The notes: generated from the letters alone by a model not told the origin. A stretch of DNA of 64,000 nt from Marinicella sp. (GCA_965230295.1 OZ246001.1:2496001-2560000), one strand, 5' to 3'. Shown: positions 8,851-17,447, counted from the first letter of the stretch. Numbers and translations are program-made.

Positions 8851-9843
8851 GTGGCAAATTTCCAACAACTAAAGTACGTAGCCATTATGGATGAAGAACC
8901 AATATTACTAATTTCAAAATATTATGACATTAAATCTAAAGAATTAATTGCGAAACCCGAGTGGGCAAAATTTGCAAAATCTGCCGAGAAGGTTAGTACT
9001 TTGATTCACAATGACGATGCTAGATCAGATATTAGATTTAATGCGATACACTGGGCATTAGATGTTATTAGTCTTTGTCGTCAAATTTGTTATGGGAACT
9101 GTTGGCTGGGTGCTTACTCAGGTTTTTATAAAGATCATGTAAAAAAAGGAGATTTGCCATCTAATGTTGATTTTCATACCACTTATCATGTTGATAATAC
9201 AATCACTCGAATTAGTTCGGTTAGGGATAAATTAGGACTCATGATATGGGCATATTATTGTGCTTTTAATCCAGAGAAAAGAAAAGAAGTACTAATTTAT
9301 AAAGAAGTTTACGACAGGATGAAACATCCTTCCAAGTATGAAATAAACTCTAAAATACCCAATGTTTTCATAGAAAGTTTAGAAAGGCTCAATGAAAGTA
9401 GTTTTGTCAACTTGATAAATTACAGGCATGCAAAAATTCACAGACTTGAACCAAGGGTAGAAATTTATGGTGTGGAAAAACATCATGGCTTACCTTACAA
9501 AGTTCAATTAAAAACTGAAGAAGAAATTGAAGCGTTTAGAAAGAGTATAAAAGAAAAATTTGGAACTAGTAAGGCAGGTGGTTTTACTCAAGAGGATATT
9601 GAAGCTGGGGTACAAGCAAAATTTATCAGAATGGGCTGGGAACAAGTTGAAGAAAGTTGCACGATAGATGGTGTGATTTATGATGATATTAAACCAAAGT
9701 TAAAGTATTGGAGCTTTGGTGAAATTGAAAGCGAGATAAATATTGTACTACCCACAATTTTAGAGGTTTGCACAAAATGTTTTGAAACACTGTTAGGTTT
9801 AGAACCATTTATCGATTCCAAATCACAGGAGTTGAATAAATGA
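8851..9843 (+). CDS. HEPN-domain protein, Cthe_2314-like (putative RNase)
   Basis: DNTITRISSVRDKL helix and R-x4-H motif YRHAKIHR; alternative start 8887. Confidence 0.65.
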   Translation: MANFQQLKYVAIMDEEPILLISKYYDIKSKELIAKPEWAKFAKSAEKVSTLIHNDDARSDIRFNAIHWALDVISLCRQICYGNCWLGAYSGFYKDHVKKGDLPSNVDFHTTYHVDNTITRISSVRDKLGLMIWAYYCAFNPEKRKEVLIYKEVYDRMKHPSKYEINSKIPNVFIESLERLNESSFVNLINYRHAKIHRLEPRVEIYGVEKHHGLPYKVQLKTEEEIEAFRKSIKEKFGTSKAGGFTQEDIEAGVQAKFIRMGWEQVEESCTIDGVIYDDIKPKLKYWSFGEIESEINIVLPTILEVCTKCFETLLGLEPFIDSKSQELNK

Positions 9844-10541
9844 CTTGGAAGATTAAAGACTTAAGAAATATGATTCCAAAATCCCATGAGAATTACAAAC
9901 AGATCAATGAAGTATTAGATTCAATAAGTAGATTGCTTCAAATATATGTTTACCACAATGAAAGAGCATATATTTCATATGAATCTTTAAAAGAAATGAT
10001 TGACGAAGATGAGCTTGATTTTGGTCGATACATTGAATTTGTATTTCGTGAAGTTTCTAGTGATGAAAGAATTGATTTTGATCTCACTAGGCTAGAGCAT
10101 CAAGCAAACATAATTTCTGCAATTAGCACAGTTCGATCAGCCTATGAGTATTTTTGCATTTTAGTGAATATATTAATTTTGAATAATGAAATTGAGATAA
10201 AACAATGTAATATCTATACGGTAACAAGAAAATTAACAGATTCACCTCTAAAAATTGAGTTAGAACAAATTTCGCAATCTGAGTGGTTTCAATACATTTC
10301 TCATTTTAATAATATCATTAAGCATAACTATTTAATTAAAGAACAATTTACCTATGATTTGGAAGAAAATAGATCTGGAAGCAGCTTTGATTCTTTTAAA
10401 TATATAGATAGACATGGAAATTATTCTTATGAAAAGAGATGGTCAATAGATGTATTAAAGGGAGTGTTGAGTGTTAAAAATAAAGTTATACTCCTTGGAG
10501 AGTTATTGAATGCTCAATATAAAAATTTAATTGAATCTTAG
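9840..10541 (+). CDS. HEPN-like protein with a degenerate motif
   Basis: ANIISAISTVRSAYEYF...WFQYISHFNNIIKH; ATGA overlap with the upstream gene. Confidence 0.5.
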   Translation: MTWKIKDLRNMIPKSHENYKQINEVLDSISRLLQIYVYHNERAYISYESLKEMIDEDELDFGRYIEFVFREVSSDERIDFDLTRLEHQANIISAISTVRSAYEYFCILVNILILNNEIEIKQCNIYTVTRKLTDSPLKIELEQISQSEWFQYISHFNNIIKHNYLIKEQFTYDLEENRSGSSFDSFKYIDRHGNYSYEKRWSIDVLKGVLSVKNKVILLGELLNAQYKNLIES

Positions 10542-10583
10542 AATTTGGGAATCAGGTTAAATATTATCAACTTTTCGAACAAC

Positions 10584-11170
10584 TACGCGCGCGTGTACAT
10601 GTGTAAAAATTCATTGACTCTATAAAAAAACTGGAGTTTTCTTACATAGTAAAAAAAGGGCAAAGGAAATAATTTTTCACTCCATAAAAAGAAAACAGGT
10701 ATTAGTTTTCGGAGTCCATAAAAAAAGAATTTGAATTTGACTTTTGCATGTCCTTAAAAAGGGATAAATATCGAATTTTTACAGTCCATTAGAAGTCGTC
10801 AAAAACTGACTATTCGGGCTCCTTAAAAAAGAGACATTCAAAGCAATTTCTGGACCAGTACGCGCGCGTGCGCGTACATATGCAAAAATTATCTGGTTTA
10901 ATGGAAAAAAGCTGAGTTTTCTTACACTATAAAAAAGGAGGTAAATTGAATTATTGCACCCCTTAAAAAGGTCAAATAAAATAATCCTTTCACTCCAAAA
11001 AAAGGATAAAAGATCAGTTTCTTTAGTCCATAAAAAAGGATCAAGTATTAGTTATGTCAGTCCTTAAAAAGGCTCGCGCGCGTACTGGTCGCAAAACTCA
11101 ATTGTTATCCTTTCGCGTACTGGGTGCAAAAGTCTTTGTTTTTCCTTATGCGTACTGGTCACAAAAGTCA
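10584..11170. repeat. Array of degenerate 33-36-bp units with CGCGCGCG tracts (candidate origin / iteron region)
   Basis: TCCWTAAAAA-like cores at 10681, 10715, 10751, 10785, 10820, 10926, 10960, 10994, 11027 and 11061; CGTACTGG at 11081, 11116 and 11151. Confidence 0.85.
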
Positions 11171-11516
11171 TAAGGTTTGATCTGTTTTTAGTAAATACGG
11201 AGATTTAGAATTGTGGCTTTGCGGCGAATATCTTTCATAGCTGGTTGATGGATCAATGAACCAACTATCTTTAATCGTTTTTTGATTTATTTTTTTGGAA
11301 GTGATGGGTTAGACATCATATTGAATATCAAACCCACCACCAGTAGCTAAGTAGTTAGCTTTTTATTACCTGCTATTTTTAATCCTAAGGTAAATTTGGT
11401 TGCCATCGTTATACGCTGCAAACCTTTATAAACAATGGCTTTCAAGCGTATTTTAAGTAGCTCTAACTGTAGCTTTAGCTCTAACTAAAGCTTTAACTAA
11501 TATAAATGAGTGTTTT

Positions 11517-11978
11517 TTAAATTAATTCAATTTCTGTGATTCGAGAATAATGCATCTGTTTGGGTAATTCTTCGCGTTTATAGTTTATGGTTACGTCTTG
11601 GACTTGAATAGTGAATAAGCTTTGTTGCAATTTGCTTAATGGCACTCTATCAAGCCTTACTTTGGGAGATGTTGGGTTAAGTCGATAGAACAGAGTGATT
11701 AGGTCGCCGCGAGAAGAGGCGATAAAGCCCCCACGTTCTCTGGTCTTTCCTTTGTGTCTTTTAACATTAAAAAATGCTGGCATATGAACGCCGAAATATT
11801 CGCCCATATCTACAATTGAAAACATCAATACAATTTTCGCTTGTGTCCTGAACCGGTACGTTACCCATGTTTGAAAAGTAGCTTCATACTTACCAGGTGG
11901 AATGTGTAACCAGTCATCATATTTAAATTTAGCCAACTTAGCATCAAAGGGTTTAGGCATTGCGATTACATTACCCAT
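11517..11978 (-). CDS. Hypothetical phage-type protein, possibly DUF669/SSB-like beta fold
   Basis: IPPGKYEATF...LMFSIVD.GEY.G pattern; start inferred at MGNVIA. Confidence 0.5.
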   Translation of the reverse strand: MGNVIAMPKPFDAKLAKFKYDDWLHIPPGKYEATFQTWVTYRFRTQAKIVLMFSIVDMGEYFGVHMPAFFNVKRHKGKTRERGGFIASSRGDLITLFYRLNPTSPKVRLDRVPLSKLQQSLFTIQVQDVTINYKREELPKQMHYSRITEIELI

Positions 11979-12279
11979 GATTAACACCCTGAGAATGTCC
12001 TCTAGCAATGTGATCAATGTACAAGCCTGGCATCAATACATACTCAGCAACAAGGTGCGGTGAGCCGTCTGGAGTATGATCGACTCGCCTGTTAGTAATG
12101 ATGTTAAGCCTCTCATCATGCCTTAATTCAAAGATACGTGGAGCAGGGGAAACAATGTCTAGCAATGCTCTGGCCTGCAACGTAGTTATCTTGCCATGCT
12201 TATACAAATACTCTCTTAACCTTTGCCTTTGAGCAGCGGTGGAAGTAGAATTGGGTGGCTGCGCTGTATTATCTTTCAT
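11971..12279 (-). CDS. Winged-helix protein (HTH_39-like) of phages and satellites
   Basis: QRQRL..YL...G.ITTLQAR..LDI..PAPRIFELR....I.T......VAEYVL. Confidence 0.8.
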   Translation of the reverse strand: MKDNTAQPPNSTSTAAQRQRLREYLYKHGKITTLQARALLDIVSPAPRIFELRHDERLNIITNRRVDHTPDGSPHLVAEYVLMPGLYIDHIARGHSQGVNHG

Positions 12280-12704
12280 AATGGTTTTACCTCGTGGTGG
12301 TTTGAAAAAACATTAAGCGCGTCTTGATTGCCGTCTGGTCGCGCTTTCTTATTTTGGTAAGGTCGTAAAGCCCAAAGTGGACATGCAACGATACCGCAAT
12401 TCCTGATTTCATCTGATGGATTTGGATCAAAGCCACAACCAACACAATCATAACATTTGGCATTGATGGCCAATCTCAAGCTTGTTGGTTTATCTAGGGC
12501 TTTTTCTATGGGTGTCTTGTTTTTATGTAAACCCATCGAATAGGGGGTCTGACAGAATTGTCTTTTCGACCCTGTAGGGTAGCCTACCTTATGCCCTGTA
12601 ATTCCTGTGGGTGTGCCACCACGGCATGTTAAACAGGGAAAATTTTGATTTTTAATCATAGTTCTTGCTCCTGGTGATAATAAATTGATTAATTCTTCTT
12701 CCAT
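12276..12704 (-). CDS. Cys-rich (putative Zn-binding) phage-type protein
   Basis: AINAKCYDC...IRNC....CPLWALRPY; stop overlaps the next gene start. Confidence 0.65.
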   Translation of the reverse strand: MEEELINLLSPGARTMIKNQNFPCLTCRGGTPTGITGHKVGYPTGSKRQFCQTPYSMGLHKNKTPIEKALDKPTSLRLAINAKCYDCVGCGFDPNPSDEIRNCGIVACPLWALRPYQNKKARPDGNQDALNVFSNHHEVKPL

Positions 12705-12833
12705 ACTGTCCTTTTAATAATTTTTGAATTAATAATCGTTTCTCCACTTAACGTGGCGCTAATTATTTACGTAAACATTAATCACTCTTCTTCTGTACTA
12801 CGAATTTAATATTTTTATGCGAAAGTAAACAGG

Positions 12834-13025
12834 TCAACTTGCTTGCTTTTGCCTATTGATAAAATCCATGAGTTCGGCGTGATCATAGCCAACGGCGCGT
12901 TGACCAATTTTGATTTTACGGGGGAAGTTGGGATTAGTCTTAGACCATCTGTCCAAAGTACTTTTGCTGATTCCAAGAATAGCCGCTGCTTTAGCTGGGC
13001 GGTCGACCTTTGATGTTACCTGCAT
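12834..13025 (-). CDS. alpA: AlpA-family transcriptional regulator / excisionase
   Basis: LGISKSTLDRW....FPRKIKIGQRAVGY...EL; AGGAG RBS. Confidence 0.92.
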   Translation of the reverse strand: MQVTSKVDRPAKAAAILGISKSTLDRWSKTNPNFPRKIKIGQRAVGYDHAELMDFINRQKQAS

Positions 13026-13184
13026 TTTTAGCTCCTTAATGTTGTTAATGGAGCTTTATGATTGCATCAAAAAAAATGTCTATCAAGAGTAAGATGTTGA
13101 TAAATATGGTTTTTTGGGTGGTATATTAAAATGCTGGGTAAATTCAGATAGAAAGCTGGGTATAGAGTTAAAATTCTTAGGAGC

Positions 13185-14222
13185 CTATTTTTTTATTCCA
13201 AGCCCTAACATTACCTTTGACTGGCTAATAGCTTTATTTAACAGCCCTTCATATGTAGATTTTCCTCTAATTGGGCTTTCAATGATTTTAGTAGAGAGGT
13301 TTGAGTTTAAAGATTTGATGATTTCTTCACAAAGTTTATTTTGACTTAGTTGACATTTTCCGGAATTTTCTATTTCTTCATTAAGTAAACACATTAATGA
13401 ATAAATCATCATTTGATAGTTTTTTTCAGTTGGAGTAGATATTACTTTATGCTTTCTCTTTAAACTTTCCTTCACAACCTTAGAAAAATCATATTCAATT
13501 CCAAATGACTCAAATAATTCTATTAATTTATTTTTCTCATAATATTTTTTGATTATTTTCTCTTCATAAAATAGTGTAGTAGTTAATTCACCTGAAATTT
13601 GGTCTTCTAATGTTTTTTTGTCAAAAATTCTTCGTCTATAAATATCATATGAAAACTTATGTGAATCAACAACTTCTTCCGCAATAGATGAATAATCATC
13701 AATAGACTCATATGCAACTTTTTCACTACTATCTGTGATTATATTAAAGTCGTGTAAAGAACTTTTTGTGATTATTTCTTTAGCAAGTCCTGAAAAATAA
13801 TATTTAAGAATTTTTTTTGGTTTTTTACCATTTATGTAACAATGTTGTGATGGAAGAAAATACAAAATACTTAACATTTGTTCGTCATCAGAACTGTCAC
13901 GAGTTAGCTTGTTTACTTGTTGCCCTTTAATAAAAAAGAAACTATCTTCATTAAATTCAAAAAAGCCTTTTAAATAGAATGGATTTGAATGGTTTTTAAT
14001 TAGAAAATTATTAAGAGAACTTAGGTATTTACCTTTTTTTCTCTTGTGAAGCTCTAGTTTACTTGGATCGCTTAATTCAACTAAATTTAGCACCCCGTCA
14101 AAATATATCAAATATGAAAAGTTTGAGTTGATTTTTTCGAAATCATCACGAGTTAACCTTGTGATCTTTTCGATTTCATTTCTATCAAAAAAATAGTTGT
14201 TATCAAATTCAATCATAACCAC
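13185..14222 (-). CDS. Hypothetical protein upstream of alpA, with a probable C-terminal HTH-like region
   Basis: 345-aa AT-rich ORF in the int-ORF-alpA position; C-terminal helical SQ..L...I...ST...LLNKA pattern. Confidence 0.7.
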   Translation of the reverse strand: MVMIEFDNNYFFDRNEIEKITRLTRDDFEKINSNFSYLIYFDGVLNLVELSDPSKLELHKRKKGKYLSSLNNFLIKNHSNPFYLKGFFEFNEDSFFFIKGQQVNKLTRDSSDDEQMLSILYFLPSQHCYINGKKPKKILKYYFSGLAKEIITKSSLHDFNIITDSSEKVAYESIDDYSSIAEEVVDSHKFSYDIYRRRIFDKKTLEDQISGELTTTLFYEEKIIKKYYEKNKLIELFESFGIEYDFSKVVKESLKRKHKVISTPTEKNYQMMIYSLMCLLNEEIENSGKCQLSQNKLCEEIIKSLNSNLSTKIIESPIRGKSTYEGLLNKAISQSKVMLGLGIKK

Positions 14223-14253
14223 CCTTTCTCGTGATTTCTTTCAAAATAAGGAA

Positions 14254-14306
14254 CCATGCCAAGGCGGTGAAAGTGCCCGCTTTTCGGTAGCTATCCTATG
14301 GCATGG
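14254..14306 (-). ncRNA. Probable int-alpA RNA motif
   Basis: Minus strand CCATGCCA-TAGGATAGCTACCGAAAAGCGG..CCGCCT-TGGCATGG: 8-bp closing stem and inner GCGG/CCGC stem, located between integrase and alpA; family match from memory. Confidence 0.6.
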
Positions 14307-14327
14307 CTGTTGCTCAATGATTATATT

Positions 14328-14831
14328 CTAAGCTGTTTTGTAAGCTAGATTAAATAAATCACTTTTGCGTTCTTCAGAATTGTTGGCAATTATTTGAGGT
14401 AATTGATTAAAGGCTGTTTTGATATCCTTGATCATTGTTCCTGCTCCAAACAATATGTCTAATACAAGGTCGCTACAATCGATATTTTCTAGTTGACCTG
14501 TAACAATGTTAATTCTATTTTCTTGCTTTTTAAGCATTGACAAAAGTTCTTCATGCAAATCCATGACTGCAGCAGCCTGGCCTATAGTTAGTAAATCCGT
14601 TGTTAAAGCTTCATAGCAGTAGATTTTTTTATACATTTTTTTCAATCCCTTAGTTTTGAAAAGCCTTTTGCCTTTGTGTTTAGTTTTACCAAGTTGAATC
14701 AGTACGCCAATGTAATTCTTAATTGATAATAATATACATTGAGAATCACTATATTTGAGTAACTCAGTACGCTGAGACTCCAAATCTTTTGCATGAACCA
14801 TTGTTGAGGTGTTTGTTTTTGTTTTATTCAT
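14328..14831 (-). CDS. Hypothetical helical protein
   Basis: GGAGG RBS before ATG 14831; coupled to the upstream ORF. Confidence 0.7.
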   Translation of the reverse strand: MNKTKTNTSTMVHAKDLESQRTELLKYSDSQCILLSIKNYIGVLIQLGKTKHKGKRLFKTKGLKKMYKKIYCYEALTTDLLTIGQAAAVMDLHEELLSMLKKQENRINIVTGQLENIDCSDLVLDILFGAGTMIKDIKTAFNQLPQIIANNSEERKSDLFNLAYKTA

Positions 14832-15090
14832 AATTGCCTCCAAATCTATTTGACTCATATTCAATGGCATTCATGGCGCATGACATAGCGGCAACCATAC
14901 CAGCATGGGCATCTTTTGAAATTTCTATATGGCTACCATGATGGTTGTTTAAAACAAATTCATGGATAAATGAGAGCACGCTGTTAGCAATAGCCAGTGT
15001 GTCCTCTGGTTTGGTGCATATAATGCTGCACTTCGTTAGGTCTGTTTCTTTTTTCTTGATATCTATTATTTTTCCTGTTGTTGTGGACAT
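14824..15090 (-). CDS. Small hypothetical protein
   Basis: GGAGG RBS; 88 aa. Confidence 0.7.
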   Translation of the reverse strand: MSTTTGKIIDIKKKETDLTKCSIICTKPEDTLAIANSVLSFIHEFVLNNHHGSHIEISKDAHAGMVAAMSCAMNAIEYESNRFGGNYE

Positions 15091-15182
15091 GATAATGCCT
15101 CCGGTTTAAAGGTTAATTGAACAAGTGACCACCTGGGAAGGTTTACGCGTGTTTCCCAGGCGGGCTTGTGCCAATCAGCTGA

Positions 15183-16382
15183 TTAGTTATTACGATGAAT
15201 AGGTATGATCTTTTCGCCTTTGTTGAGGACGAAATCAGACCAAAACTGCATCATCTTAATTCTTTCTACGATGTACTCCGCTTTGTTGTATGTGCCTCGA
15301 ATGGTGTTCTTGTCTTCGTGGCTGAGTTGTTTCTCTATGAATCGGCTATCAAAGCCCAATTCATTCAATGTGGTTGATGCCAGGTGTCTAAAGCCATGCA
15401 CGGTCATACGTCCCCGAAAACCCAATCTATATAAGGCAAACAGCATGGCGTTTTCACTGAACGGTTGTTTGTTAGGTTTATGGTAACTGGCAAAGATAAA
15501 AGGATAATCACCTGTGACGGGCAGCAAGTCTTTGAACAGCTGTAATGCTTGATTGCTCAATGGCACCACATGTTCGCGCTTCATCTTCATTCTTTCCGCT
15601 GGTATCGTCCAAGTGGCAGCTTCAAAGTCAATCTCATCCCAAGAGGCGTATCTAATCTCGTTGGTGCGTTGAAAAGTGAGTAGGGCGATCATCAAGCCAG
15701 TTTTGGTGGTTGGCTCAAGGTCACCATTTTCTATGGCCTTGATTAACTCTGGTAGCTCCTTATGCGTGATGTGGTTGTAGTTTTTGGCGTGGTGCTTACG
15801 GGTTTTGATGCCCATAGTTGGATTGCCCTTAACTGTGCCTTCAGATATGGCGAAGTTGAATATTGAACTGATGCGCTGTTTTACTTTCTTCTGTAGTTCA
15901 GTTTTACCGGCATCTGCCAACTTATCTAAAACTACTTTGATTTCTGGTGCGCCGAGGTTTTCTATTTGTTCTTTGTCAACGTACGGGAAAACGTGTGCAT
16001 GAAGTGAACGCCATGTTTTATCAGCATGGCCGTCTGACCATTCGCCATCGGCAATCATTTCCTCATGCCATCGCTTAGCCACAGATTGGAAACTGTTTAC
16101 TCCAGATGACTTTATTCTTTTCTCTTTTCTGATTGTGGATGGATCGATACCTTGTGCTATCAATTTCCTGGCTTCATGTACTTTGTCTCTGGCATCGGCT
16201 AATCCAACATCGGGATAAACGCCCATAGACAAGGTTTTCTGTTTGCCCTCAAACCTGAAATTGAAACGCCACCATTTAGAGCCATTTGGATTGATGATCA
16301 TAACCAGACCGTTACCATCAGTTTTCTTATATGGTTTTTTCTCTGGTTTGAATGAATTTAGCAGTGTGTGATTCAGTTTCAT
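15183..16382 (-). CDS. P4-family tyrosine integrase
   Basis: Arm-binding N-terminus (DGNGL...G.K.WR..FR..GKQKTLSMGVYP); catalytic R, K, HGFR, H and Y (RGTYN). Confidence 0.97.
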   Translation of the reverse strand: MKLNHTLLNSFKPEKKPYKKTDGNGLVMIINPNGSKWWRFNFRFEGKQKTLSMGVYPDVGLADARDKVHEARKLIAQGIDPSTIRKEKRIKSSGVNSFQSVAKRWHEEMIADGEWSDGHADKTWRSLHAHVFPYVDKEQIENLGAPEIKVVLDKLADAGKTELQKKVKQRISSIFNFAISEGTVKGNPTMGIKTRKHHAKNYNHITHKELPELIKAIENGDLEPTTKTGLMIALLTFQRTNEIRYASWDEIDFEAATWTIPAERMKMKREHVVPLSNQALQLFKDLLPVTGDYPFIFASYHKPNKQPFSENAMLFALYRLGFRGRMTVHGFRHLASTTLNELGFDSRFIEKQLSHEDKNTIRGTYNKAEYIVERIKMMQFWSDFVLNKGEKIIPIHRNN

Positions 16383-16384
16383 GA

Positions 16385-16422
16385 TGTTGGTAATTTATTG
16401 CCTACCAACAATGTTACCAACA
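16385..16422. other. Integrase arm-type sites at the tRNA-proximal att
   Basis: TACCAACA at 16403, TTACCAACA at 16414, inverted TGTTGGTAA at 16385; AATGTTACCAACA is shared with 7941-7953. Confidence 0.8.
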
Positions 16423-16535
16423 AAAGCAGTGCGTTGTAAAGATGACTTATGACACCTTATGAAGCCTGAAAGCCAGCAATAGCTTAGGGTTTGGTGTGAA
16501 AATGATGCTTTATGAGGTGTTGTGGATATAAGAGA

Positions 16536-16622
16536 TGGTGCCCGGGGACGGACTCGAACCGTCACGGTATTTCTACCGGGGGATTTTAAGTCCCCTGCGT
16601 CTACCAATTTCGCCACCCGGGC
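16536..16622 (-). tRNA. leuZ: tRNA-Leu(TAA)
   Basis: GCCCGGGTGGCGAAATTGGTAGACGCAGGGGAC-TTAAAA-TCCCC...GGTTCGAGTCC...CCCGGGCACCA, long variable arm. Confidence 0.97.
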
Positions 16623-16749
16623 TTTTTTGCTGGCCCTTTCTTTGTGAGTTCAGCAATTTATGCGTCGGCATTGATTCGAGCACATGAGTGCACTCATCAA
16701 TGACCTCCTTGACCTTGCTAAACTCATTTTGAAAGAGCCTAGCAAAAAA
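16623..16749. repeat. ~127-bp imperfect palindrome (ERIC/MITE-like) in the tRNA spacer
   Basis: Nested arms TTTTTTGCT/AGCAAAAAA, CTTTC/GAAAG, TGAGTT.AGCAA/TTGCT.AACTCA, CATTGAT/ATCAATG. Confidence 0.7.
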
Positions 16750-16900
16750 CACTACTGAATGTTCTTTCCTTTTTGCTGATGGTAGTCAGCAACTTGTGAT
16801 GGGGCACATGTGTGTACTCACATCGCTATCCTTGACTTTGATAACCTCACTTTGAAAGGGGGTTGTCAAAAAATATTCCTTTTTTGGTTTTACTTTGAAA

Positions 16901-16974
16901 TGGAGGCTGAACCCGGAATCGAACCGGGGTACACGGATTTGCAATCCGCTGCATCACCACTCTGCCATCCAGCC
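16901..16974 (-). tRNA. cysT: tRNA-Cys(GCA)
   Basis: GGCTGGATGGCAGAGTGG...GCGGATTGCAAATCCGT...GGTTCGATTCC...CAGCCTCCA. Confidence 0.97.
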
Positions 16975-17076
16975 AGCGCCAGTTTCAAAGGCCTTCCTTT
17001 CGAAAGACGTGTCATTTTCGCTAATTATAGATGGCAAATCAAGCATCTTTGCACAACTAATAATGGGCAGAAAATA

Positions 17077-17110
17077 AAAAGGGCTGTAAATGTTGTGTTT
17101 ACAGCCCTTT
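17077..17110 (-). terminator. Hairpin with T-tract downstream of tRNA-Gly
   Basis: AAAGGGCTGTAAA...TTTACAGCCCTTT. Confidence 0.6.
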
Positions 17111-17116
17111 GATGTC

Positions 17117-17191
17117 TGGAGCGGGAAAGGAGGCTCGAACTCCCGACCCCAACCTTGGCAAGGTTGTGCTCTACCACTGAGCTATTCCCGC
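17117..17191 (-). tRNA. glyW: tRNA-Gly(GCC)
   Basis: GCGGGAATAGCTCAGTGGTAGAGCACAACCTTGCCAAGGTTG...TTCCCGCTCCA. Confidence 0.97.
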
Positions 17192-17393
17192 TTAGAGGAT
17201 GCACATTTTAGCTTTAATGTGTTTTTTGTCAAATTATTTTTTGCAGTATTTCGAATTCTTTTTAGTTTGAAGAGTGGTCAAAGCCATCTGATCAATTTTC
17301 GAACTGCGTTCGAAGCCGCATCACGGCCTACGGCATGCCAATATCGCTTCTGGTGCTTAGCTCAAGCCGCAATATTTTCATTGCCTGGCCTAT

Positions 17394-17422
17394 GGATTAC
17401 CCGGTCAAGCCGGGTAATGACG
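17394..17422. repeat. CGTC-type REP-like palindrome
   Basis: ATTACCCGG-TCAAG-CCGGGTAAT-GACG; related palindromes near 4648-4672 and 50487-50512. Confidence 0.65.
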
Positions 17423-17447
17423 GTACAGGAAAGGATGAATATCCTGG

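Larger units (their letters stand above)
7868..16552 (-). mobile_element. P4-integrase genomic island / phage-satellite-like element in tRNA-Leu(TAA)
   Basis: 20-bp att duplication AGATGGTGCCCGGGGACGGA (7868-7887 and 16533-16552) matching the tRNA 3' end; integrase, AlpA, visibly AT-rich cargo. Confidence 0.95.

Noticed and set aside
10858-10877. Protelomerase (N15 telRL-like) site, because of TACGCGCG
   Set aside because: Palindromic arms are only 8 bp and no protelomerase is encoded.
10584-11170. CRISPR or TIGR-type guide array
   Set aside because: Conserved core is only ~10 bp and degenerate, the inter-core DNA is itself loosely conserved, one block is inverted, and no cas or Nop-domain gene is recognisable.
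7868-16552. Complete prophage
   Set aside because: Only 8.7 kb, with no capsid, tail, terminase or lysis genes.
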